Origin: Blepharisma stoltei ATCC 30299
Taxonomy: Eukaryota > Protista > Ciliophora
Direction: 5' to 3'
NCBI GenBank assembly: GCA_965603825.1
Contig: CBFDEM010000027.1
Coordinates: 62,001-126,000, forward strand
DNA: 64,000 bases
In this document: piece after piece, positions 37,998 to 48,630 of the stretch
How the letters are laid out: every line of letters starts with the position of its first letter
Position numbering within the stretch: position 1 is the stretch's first letter
Notes under the pieces: model-generated
Databases searched by the model: none
Told to the model about the DNA's origin: nothing
What the model saw: the letters and a program-made list of their open reading frames with translations, nothing else
Program-made: the position numbers and the translations under genes

Positions 37998-39293
37998 TTA
38001 AAACATTTTATGCTTCGACATCAGCTCTTTTCCTATTTTTGACGATTTTAGTGATAGCTCTCTCGGTGGCATTTTCCTTTGTTTTGAATTTGGTGTCGGC
38101 TTAGGTGAAGGGCTGACATCCTCTTGTATAGTAAAATGCAAAACATTGGCGGGAAATACAATTTGGTGAAGCATCGACAAAACGTCAGTCCTCATACACA
38201 AAAGTCCCATTAACTGCAATGTGCTGAAATCGTGAAAATCATTTCAAGGCAATTTTAGCTTACAGAGCTGCTGGTTTCTGGTTTCATCTCTGGCTGTTCT
38301 CATCATTCTTTTTACTGTGTAATATACGACGTTTTTGCAGTCTCTTTCTTGTAAAGCACTTCGCTTGTTTCGCTCTTTTAAATAGCCAGTTGGGGCTGTA
38401 CGGTTGCTGGCTTGTTCACTATGGACGAGCTCGAAGAAAAGAGAGCCAGCAAGGCCACGTTTAGAAATCTGAGGCATTTGTTGGTTTTTTAAAAGTTCTT
38501 GTTTGGCTGAATTTATGCAGTCTTGGAAAAAAATTTCTAATTTTCGTTGCTCGTTTAAAAAAGCACCTTGAAGGCTGCCGAGATTTTGGCTTTCTTCTCG
38601 AAGCTTGTAGAGCTCTTTTTTAAGATTTTCTACGTCTTCAATTAAATGATAACATTCCAGCTGCTGGTCTTGATTCATAACCTCAAAATGAATTGTCGGA
38701 ATTTGTGAAAAATTGCTTTGTGAATATTTTGATAAAATTTGTGGAAGTTTATTTTTTAAGCTTTCCAATAATTTTTGTTTAGGTTTTTTTTCTTCTAACT
38801 GATAAGATAATTTCAGATTTTCTTTGGAGAGTTCTTTTAAGGTTTGTTTTAGAATAAAAGCTTGTTTTTCTTCTTCTGAATACTGAGCTCTGTATTGAGA
38901 TTCCTGAGCTTTTAGTTGTGTATTGAATCTTGATAGTGTTTCAAATTGATTTGTATAACTTTTCATTTGTTCATTAAGATGATATACCTCTGGGTTATTT
39001 TCTATCTCAAAATTGGCTTGAACCAGCTTTTCTTTAAGATTGTGGAGTTTTGCTTCTTGTTGGTGTAGATGGTCCAGGTATTTATCTGGCTAGAAATTAC
39101 TGTTTAGGATCCATTCATTTCTTGATACCACATCATCAATCATCACGTCTAGATCTTTGTAAGCAATTTGGAGCTCAGTGTGGGCTTCAATAATAGGCTT
39201 CATAGGGTTTTTTAAGGATTCTTCTAGTCTTGTTTCTTCAGTATCTCTTGAAGTTTTAGATGGCTTTTGTATGACTTTATAAGTTTCGTCCAT
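37998..39293 (-). CDS. Uncharacterised coiled-coil protein, 1 intron
   Basis: ORFs 39090-39293, 38244-38966 and 37998-38219 share a frame; joined by intron 39086-39100 and TGA 38244. Confidence 0.8.
39086..39100 (-). other. 15-nt spliceosomal intron
   Basis: GTAATTTCTAGCCAG; phase 1, internal in-frame TAG. Confidence 0.82.
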
Positions 39294-39504
39294 TGTATTA
39301 AAAAGAAGCTTTTTAAGTGAAATAATTGTGAAATATTTATTTTAGCAAAAATGTTTTATTATGATTAGAATTTTTAGCTATTATATGCAGAATAATCAAT
39401 AATTTTTTTAATTTTAAATTAATGCAAAATAAAAATATTTTTTGGCTTAATTTTTACCAATAACCTTAAAATCCCTGCGCTAAATTAATGTGAAATTCCT
39501 AAAA

Positions 39505-40842
39505 ATGGAAAAGAAAAGCCTTATCCTTGCTGGCTTATATCTAGCAATGTTCGCGAACTCACTTGTAGTGACTATTATTTTCCCGTTTGCAAGCAAGATG
39601 GTCACATTATTTGGAAAAGCAGACAACAGATCCACTACAGGCTATTGGGTCGGCATTTTGACATTTTCAATGATGTTTGGCCGAACCACCACATCTCCAA
39701 TCTGAGGCTATTTATGTGATAGATGAGGCAGAAGACCTTTAATTATCATAGGAATGGCTTCAATAATCCTTTTTTCTCTTTTATTTGGCTTTGCCCAGAA
39801 TATGGCATGAGCCCTGATTTCCCGATTTTTAATAGGTGTATTTACGCCTCTCGATATTTCTATCAGAACAGTCCTTTCTGAAATTTGCCCAGGTCCTGAG
39901 CTATCCTCAGCAATGGTAATACAGTCTATTGTATATTCCTTAGGAAATATCAGTGGAAATATAGTAGGTGGGATTTTTGAAGATCCAGCGTCAAAAGGTA
40001 TGATAACCTCAGGTATCTTTGCAGATTACCCATTTTTGCTTCCTAATACAATTGCTTCAGTTTTTGCTTTGATTTCTTTGATATTGGTGTACCCGACCCT
40101 CCATGAAACCCTTATAAAGTCAAGGTTAACCCAAAACTTAATTCCAATAAAATGTCGATCTATATGACAAATTTTTACCGACCCTTTGGTGTTTACACCA
40201 ATAATTGTAAGTGTTATTGTTTCGCTTAATTCAACAGCTTTTCATGAATTATGCACACTTTGGTTTTGGGCACATGTGGAAGATGGAGGATTTGAGATGG
40301 ACCCGAATGATATTGGGATCATTCTTGCACTAAGCTCAATTATTTTGCTATTTTTCCAAAAACAGCTGTATGGAAAATTAATTAATATAATTGGAGTTGT
40401 GAGATTAATGAGAGAAAGTATGCTGGCCGCAATTCCTCTACTTTTAGTTATCCCAATTGCAAGTTTGTTCAATAGAATGGTGACAACAAGGTGAATTGTG
40501 GTTATTGTTGTCTGTGTGCTATGACACTTGCTGTCGTTTATTAATTTTACCACGTCTATGGTAATTTCTAATAACTCAGTTCTTCCGAAAGAAAGAGGAA
40601 GGCTAAATGGGCTATACCAAATGGGAACAGCTATAGCAAGAGCAGTTGCTCCTATTATTTTCGGGACAACATTTGCGTTTACTTTGGAGAATGGGTGGAG
40701 CTATCCTTTCAATTTTGCATTTTCGTTTAACTTGATGGCAATTTTTGCTGGGTTAGCTTGATTTTTAAGCCGAAATGTCCCTGAATCGTTAGAAAATGCA
40801 AAAATAGATGAGGATATGGAAGTTGATTCAGCAAAATATTAA
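39505..40842 (+). CDS. MFS transporter (ZIFL/MFSD10-like)
   Basis: Motif A (W)GYLCDR(W)GRRP, YPFLLPN, ERGRLNG...ARAVAP. Seven TGA=Trp. Confidence 0.9.
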
Positions 40843-41363
40843 TAAAATCATTATAATATAGATTTTCCCTTTGATAATATCTTTTTCTTCATATAGAAAT
40901 CCCATTATCATTTATATTATTTATCATAAAATGAAAATAAATTATTATCAAGCCAAGCTATTATCCTTAATTCCAAAAAATAATTTCTAGATAAACTAAA
41001 TGCTTATGAAGCAATTCTTATGAATTTTTTTGGCATTTAATTAAAAATAAGTGTCAATATAATTTGCTATAATAGCCCCACCCTTTTTTCGAAATGGATA
41101 TAATATTTAATATATGCTAGAAAATAAAAATGGTAGATCCTATCCAACGATTTCCCACAAAATTAAAACTTGCTTAGTTGCATGTTATAAGCAAAGCATT
41201 TGATGAGAAAAATGAAATATCTTTATTTATTTGCGATTCATAACAATCTCAACATTGTTTTGGTCAAAGATATTTTTTTAATATTATTTTCAAAAGTATA
41301 TAATTATTATATCTTAAAGAGATAAAAATGGATAAAAATATGTTAACTAAAAAGCAAATTTAT

Positions 41364-41719
41364 CGAATAAACGGGCTTGCAGACTGCTTTAAGAGTATCA
41401 TTAATGCCAAAAAGAGAAGAAAAGAATATTGCTCATCAGATCAGTCTTAGAGTGGTTATAAAATTATTTAGCTTAATGCAAAAACAAGGCTATATTGAGA
41501 ATTCAAAGTTATTTATGACTAGATCTAGCAAATTGTTGTAGAATTATTTGAGAGAATTATCTTATCAATCTTTGATATTCATTAACTAATATATATCAAG
41601 TTGTAAATATATTATTACCATCTAGACAATTAGGATACTACTTTTGATCACAACATATGGTATCTGATCATGAAGAGGTATATAAAACACGGCAACGGAG
41701 AAAATTACTTCGACTCTTC
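41364..41719 (+). pseudogene. RPS15A: Degraded 40S ribosomal protein S15a (uS8) pseudogene
   Basis: Fragments RINGLADCFKSIINAKKR, RVVIKLFSLMQKQGYI, IVVEL, LLPSRQLGY, TTYGI and DHEE occur in order, with many frameshifting deletions. Confidence 0.85.
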
Positions 41720-42961
41720 GGGTGAAAGTGGCAAATTGAAATAAATAGAAAAATATATAATATAATTATGGTGCAGTTTTTGGGTTTTTGTATAAATAAA
41801 TAGAGACTGAAATATGATTAGTCTAAAAAACTACAAATCAATATATAATATTAGAAATATAAAAAGCATTAACCCCAGAAAATAAATAATGTATATTTGC
41901 AAATCTTTATCATCTTCTTAAATAAATGATAAAATAATGCGAATCAATAAATAATATGCATGATTATTACTTTAAAGCTCAAAACATAAATGTTCTATAA
42001 ACTGAATTCTGATATAATCTTTTAGCAATATTTAATAAAATATCCATTTTTATAAACCCAACTAATGTTGTGCTAATTTCAATGAGGTTTTTAAAACTGA
42101 AGATATTGAGCTAATATATAGTCTAAAAAACACTTGGCAATTCTTTTTTAAAAAGGGCTGAGAAGTTGATAAATAGTGTCTCTACCTCAGTCGAGCAATA
42201 AGACTCATTGGAATATCTAATTCGGGTATGCAAAAATTTTAATTTTTAAATCATTTTTAATTGTTTTGAGTCAATTAATTTATAAACAAGTTAATAAATA
42301 CTTATAGTCAATTAACTTAATCGTATTATTTATTTAATTTGTCTAAATTAAGTGTATAATCATAGTTTTAAATTAAAATAGAGAATTTATAATAGAAATA
42401 TAAATTGATATTTCCTTATTAAGCGATTTTAAGGTTTTAAGTTGAATTAATTATTTTATTTAGTGAATTAAAATTGCTATTGTATTGCAATTTGTTTCAT
42501 TGCTAGTAAATATCAAATTTTTTAATTATGTCAATGATGCTATTAATATTTTTAATTTCGCAATGAGGAAATTATATAATAATCCAACCCTTTTATTATT
42601 AAAATAAATTCAAGCTTATTATGAGTATAAATTTATTGAGCTTATTCCATGATTTCTCTATAATATTTTATTATTGCCATCTTTTTTCATAAATATCCAT
42701 TTTTATTTTCACTAGTGCTTTATTTGCAATAGAGCAATATTATACACATAGGCAAATCTTTCACTTTTTTCTTAATGAGCAGCTTTTCACATAAGACTTT
42801 TGATAATATATCCATTTTTTCATCATTGCTAATTTTTTCCTTTCTCAATAATTCAATCAGGGCTAAAAAGATAATAAAAATCCAAAAATTAATAAAATGC
42901 CCAGTATATATTATCCATACTATAAAATATTTTTAAGTTCCATTATTATTCCAATTTATTA

Positions 42962-44443
42962 TTAGGTTAAATATATAAGAATTAATACCCAAATTGCAAC
43001 AAATGCGGATGTAGCTATAATTAATGTTCCCCATGCCCATTTATCAGAAAAGAAAAGGTTATCATAAACGCTTGGCTTTTCGACTAGCCTTTTAGCTGCT
43101 AATGCAAACAACGGAATATATAATCCTCCTCCTAAAAGTTGTAGCGACCCACTTATATCAGCTACGAAGCTTAAATCATACACAATCACAGCGATTAAAA
43201 CAGGAGGGAAAGCAATGGCAAGCCTATAATACGTAATAGTCCGTCTCTGCAGATCTTTTTCTCCAAAATTACCATAGGTTATTGACATAACATTATCAGC
43301 TAGGTTAATTACAATGATAGGGAATACAGAAAGGACGTCTACAGCAGGAAGAAGGACTATAAAATACGCTATAATATAAGTCCATCACGATCTGTCGTCT
43401 TCGTCAGCCCCTGCAGAATAGTCACGCCAGTTTAGTGTGACCATCTTTTCAACGTCGCCTGCTGCAAACGGTACTATGAGTCCTAATAATAGAAAAAATA
43501 CACTCATCGAAAATAATGCAAAAATACATATTTTTTTGATATTTTCTGATTTATCTGTCACGAATTGTGTAGTTGTTGATACTGTGTTTTTAAAATATGT
43601 TGCCATATACACAATTGGCAAACATAGCCCTAAATTCATTATTTTAAAAGTACTTGGATCTGACTGATTTGCCCCATCATCATCAAGTTCTGTATCCGAT
43701 GCAATTGCATACAGCGACGTAACAATGATCGTCAAAATAACCCCAATCCTCATGCAGCAAGACACTATTTGGAACAAAGTCTGCTCAGTGAGCCCAACAA
43801 CAGCTAATGGTATTACAATTGAGGCATAAATAAATAAATAAGCCCAATACCTGAACCTGCAAGACCCTCCAAAGTCAGGATCATCATATATATTGCACGT
43901 ATCAGTTCCTGTTATTGGAATTATTGAAGATAAAGAGGACGAAAAAATTGTGCAGTAGGCAATTAATGACGCTGTGCTACCAATAATAAAAATCCCCATT
44001 AATATTTTTCCATGCACTTTTCCCAGTAGCACTTGAGCCATTTCACACATATCGTATCTCCTATTACCGATTTCTGGGGTTCAGTCAATTTCTGATATAA
44101 AGCTTTCATTTTCTTCTTCTTGTATTGGCTTAATTATATAATTTTCTTTTTTAATTGGCTTAAGCAGATCTATGATTGACATTGGCTTTATCTTGTAGCC
44201 TTTTTCACATAAATTTGATAAAACTTCCATTCTACTGAGAGCTTGTAATAGCAAATAAAGCAAAATAAAGCTGACTGAGGTAGAGAAAACTTGAGAAAAT
44301 AAGCCAAGCGTCCAGCCAGTTTTGTAGTAGCCTCATGGGATTCCTAATACACCAGCGCCTACTACAGAGTTTACTGTAAATGCGTAGCCTACTAATCAAT
44401 GATGGTTTTTTTCCTTATTTAAAGGCTCCTTATCCTGGCTCAT
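42962..44443 (-). CDS. Amino-acid transporter (Aa_trans, TMEM104-like)
   Basis: GYAFTVNSVVGAGVLGIP(W)GY, RYDMCEMAQVLLG, MVTLNWRDY, LPAVDVLSVFPII. One frame with TGA=Trp. Confidence 0.88.
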
Positions 44444-44609
44444 TATCCGTTTTGTAAAATATATAATTTTTCTGTATTGCTTTAAAATTAACTATTTAAA
44501 ATTACTAAGACAAATTGAAGGGGAGTCTTATATTAAAGTAATTAAATTTTATATTTGTCTTATGAATTTTAATAATTTTAATCTTAAAACGGACATAATA
44601 AATTTCTTT

Positions 44610-46685
44610 ATGATTAGATTGTGCATTCTTTTATCATTTTTCGCTTTAGCAGAATGAACAAATGTTGTAGTTGACTCAGATTTGCCCTCAAAAAGAGCAG
44701 GACATACGATTAGCAACTACAATGGAGAGCTTTATCTTTTTGGAGGCTGCGATTTAGATACAGCATGTTATAGTGATGTGTATAGGTTCAACATGACTGT
44801 AAATATGTGAGAGTTATTGAATCCAACAGGAGATATTCCGACTGCAAGAGAAGGGCATATTGCCGCCGTAGTAGGGAGCAAGCTGTATATATCAGGTGGG
44901 ACTACTTTAACAGATCTTTTGGATGAGACAAATATATTAGACTTAACAACTGTATTTTTTACATAGCTAGAATGAAAAGAAGCTGAACTTGGAGGATCAA
45001 TTGAGCCGAGAGCATATCATGCAGCAGCTTTGCATGATTCAGGATTAATTTTTATTTTTGGAGGATATACATCAGAAGGATTAAGCAATGAAGTGATTCT
45101 CTTAGACACAGTAAACAACCATTGAGGATATCCAGCATCTGTAGGATCTGTGCCAAGTGCAAGGAAGTATCATTCTTTAAGCAGAATTGGAGACTTTGTG
45201 TGGCTTTTCGGAGGAGAAACTGATAGTGGAGCTGTTAAAGATTTATATTATTATGATATAGATGAAAGGCATTGGTATAAACAAGATACGTCAGGTTCAC
45301 CATTAGCAAGACAAGGCCACGCAACTGCAGTGTCTGGGGATTCATTTTATGTGTCAGCTGGGTGCAATTCGGATACTCGATACTGCTATTCTGATCTTTA
45401 TAAGTTTTATACAGAAAACAATACTTGGGATAAAGTTGATTCTGGAAGTACATTCAGTCCTAGAGAAGGCCACGCTATAGAGTTTATCGGTGGAAATTTA
45501 TATGCATTTGGCGGCAGATTTTTAACAGAAAGCTCATATGGCGATTTTTTAGTTTTTGAAACCAATGAAACTTGTCCTAATGGCTGCTCTAGGAATGGAG
45601 AATGCACTGATTATGGCTGTGACTGCTACGGAGGATACACAGGCTCTGACTGCTCCTACGAAACCACATGTAGAATGAATTGTAATAGCCATGGAGTCTG
45701 TGACGACTATACTTGTGTCTGTTATAGCGGCTATTACGGCTCATATTGTCAAGGCATTATAAATTGTCCTAACAACTGTACAAGCAGTGAACAAGGCACC
45801 TGTCAGTCTTCAGGCGAATGTTTATGTACTGATGGATATACAGGAGATGACTGTTCTGAAAAAGAAGACTGAAAAATGTGCCAGGATTCCTGCATAAATG
45901 GGTCTTGTGACAGCAATAATGACTGTGTCTGCAGCTCAGGCTGGGTTGGGAAAAATTGTGACACTGAAGCTCCAGTTGTGTATCACAAGTCGTCATCTTA
46001 TGATATTAGTATTAATTTGTCAGATGACCTTGAGTATGGAGCATCTAAAGAATCTTATGATGGCAGCTCATCAAGTTATTCGTCCTCAGGAAGCTACTCA
46101 GATGATGATACTTCAGATTATAGGTCTTCTGATACTGGAGAAAGTGACGATTATTATATGGTTGAGTCAGAAGATGTTGAAGTATCTGAAGAAAGCTTTG
46201 ATAATATAACAGATTCACAAGATGCTTCAGCGAACATGACACAATATGACAACTCTACACATTTATTAGTCCCTCAGATGTTTGGGTTTACTGACCCAAA
46301 TGACCCTAACAGCTATTATACACAAAATCTTCGAAGGGATCCAGTTGAGGTTGAAAAATCTGATTATTTAGAAGAGTTAGAAGACAAACAAGAGGACAGA
46401 CAAGATGAAATAGAAGAATGCCAAATGATGTGTAATTATCATGGAGTTTGTTCTGATGCAACTTGTTATTGTGAAGAAGGATATACAGGGACACTTTGTG
46501 AATACGAAGAAGACGAAGCTGACAATGGGATCAAGCTGACCACAGCTATCATTATTATGATGCTTTTTTGGATTATCGGATGCGCTTATGGCTGCTACAG
46601 AATTAAGAAGATTATGGAAGAAGTCAGAGCTCGAGAAGAAAGCAAAGTTGAAGAAAAAGATGATTTTGTTGGACTAGAAGACTAA
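44610..46685 (+). CDS. Type I membrane protein: signal peptide, Kelch propeller, tenascin-like EGF repeats, acidic stalk, TM; 1 intron
   Basis: MIRLCILLSFFALAE leader. Kelch motifs (RAGH, REGH, FGG). CPNGCSRNGEC-type repeats. TM IIIMMLFWIIGCAYG. Confidence 0.88.
44952..44966 (+). other. 15-nt spliceosomal intron
   Basis: GTATTTTTTACATAG; removal restores the Kelch sequence ILDLTT|LE(W)K. Confidence 0.9.
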
Positions 46686-46735
46686 ATTTATATAAAATGC
46701 TAAGATTTTCAATAAATTTAAATTACTAATTTAAA

Positions 46736-48130
46736 ATGGCCACCCAGGAATATGCGAGAACTCTTAATAAATTCAAAAAAGAAGCAGATCTGTTAGAAAA
46801 AGAAAAACAAAGGAATTTCTATAGCTCAAAAATGCTAGCTGAAGAAATAGCTGAGCTAGATTCATTAGAAAAATCGTTAAAAAGCCAAAGATGCAGCAAC
46901 TCCTACAGTTTTTTCCAATCAATTGAGCGAATTAAAAGAATTGTCCAAGAAGTTTCTTATAAAATCAAAGGGTTTATAGAAAAAACAAATGCAGAAGGAG
47001 CTTATATAGACTATGAGTCTATGGTGCAGATCTTACAAAAGGCGGCTGACTCAGTCGATGCTGAGCTAAAAGAATTCAAAGCAGCTAATCGCATTGACTT
47101 TGAGAACCTTGCACAAGAAGAAAAAGCCTTATCAACCGAAATAGACCAGCTAGCAGAGAAGTTTGAGCAGTGGGAAAATGAGCCATCACAAACAATTATT
47201 TCAAAACCTACCAAAACTTTAATTGAAGGAATTGACGCACCTCCTATGCTGCAAGAAGTTATGGCAATCGATAAACAAATAATTGATATGGGAGGGAACT
47301 CTTTAGGCTGGGACGAAGCAGACCATCAAGAATTCATGAAGCTTAGAACACAGCACAAAGGAAAACAAACCATCGGGTTTTTCCAAGCCGCCCAAAATTT
47401 GTTGCCTACAATGGATCAAGAAAGCATCAAAATCCATTGTAAAAAGTACGAAGAGTGGATCAAGCTGAACGAAAAGAAAAAAGAAATCCTCGCTAAATGG
47501 AGAGAAGAAAAGAAAAAGCGAAAAGAAAGCCAAACCAAGCTTATAGATATCGAGCCAGCCAAGCCAAAACCTGTAAAAAGGCCTCAAAGTGCTTTTGAAA
47601 CCCAAAAAAAAATCGAAGAATGAAGACGCCAGCGAGATTTACTTCGAACAGAAAAAGAAAAAGAAGAAAAATCGCAGTTTCAGCGGAAAAAAGAGGAGGA
47701 AGAAAAGCGAAAAATGGAAACAGAAATAAAAAAGCAGCTGGTAAATGAGTACAAAGAACGAAAAGAAATAGAAAAAGCTCAGCAATACATGATCCAAAAT
47801 TACCAGAAAAAGCGAAATACAGTAGAACTGTCTGAAGAAGACAAAATCAGACTTAAAGAAAGAGAAGACAAATTGACCAAAAAGAAGCAGGAAAAACTAT
47901 TAGAAGAACAAAAGAAAAAAGAAGAAAAAGAAAGACGAGAAATGATGATAAAAATGAAAACCAACGCCCAATGGTCACATTTGGACTCTAGACTTAACCA
48001 AGAAACAGTCGCCACAGTTACCAGAAAAGAAGCCCAAAGAGCAGAAGTCCACGCTGACACCTTTGGAGGGGTTTTAATTCATAGGCCAGGCCGAGCGATC
48101 CCAAGCTGGAGAGCTGGCATTTCTTCATAA
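46736..48130 (+). CDS. CCDC112: CCDC112-like coiled-coil protein
   Basis: GWDEADHQEFMKLR and terminal RAIPSWRAGI; joined by TGA 47621. Confidence 0.8.
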
Positions 48131-48148
48131 TTGATAAAAATTCTTAAA

Positions 48149-48628
48149 ATGGCTCGTAATTTATAGCTAGAACAAAATTTTGGCTGGGGCGATGGACCGT
48201 CTATTATGAAGACTATTTCAAGCGGCTCGACCCAAAACACCACACCAGCGCCGTCGCAGCAGGCAAAAAGGAATTATTGGGCTGAAGACAGCAAAATGTC
48301 AGAAATCCCTACCTTGATTAGTGATTCCAAAGTGGATTTAACTGGACAAGTGGCGGCACCTCCTAGTGCTTATGTAGCTCAGCCTGTTGCAAATTTAGAT
48401 GCCCTAAATCAACAATTAGCGCTCCCTACGAAGCCTGAGCCAGGTATTGACTTGTCTATATTAACATCTGTTGTAAAACCGCTTGATCAATGCTATGAGC
48501 CTGACGAGATATGGGAAAGCCAACATTTAATTATGGAAGTTTCACAGTTAATAAGAAAAGATAAAGAAAATGTGGAAAAGGATGAAGATTATCAGTTCCA
48601 GGTATATCAAAACCAAGTTTTAGATTAA
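48149..48628 (+). CDS. IFT43: Intraflagellar transport protein 43, 1 intron
   Basis: IPTL...DLTGQVAAPP...GIDLSILT...EPDEIW. ATG 48149 plus intron 48156-48170. Confidence 0.85.
48156..48170 (+). other. 15-nt spliceosomal intron
   Basis: GTAATTTATAGCTAG after ATG GCT C. Confidence 0.82.
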
Positions 48629-48630
48629 TT

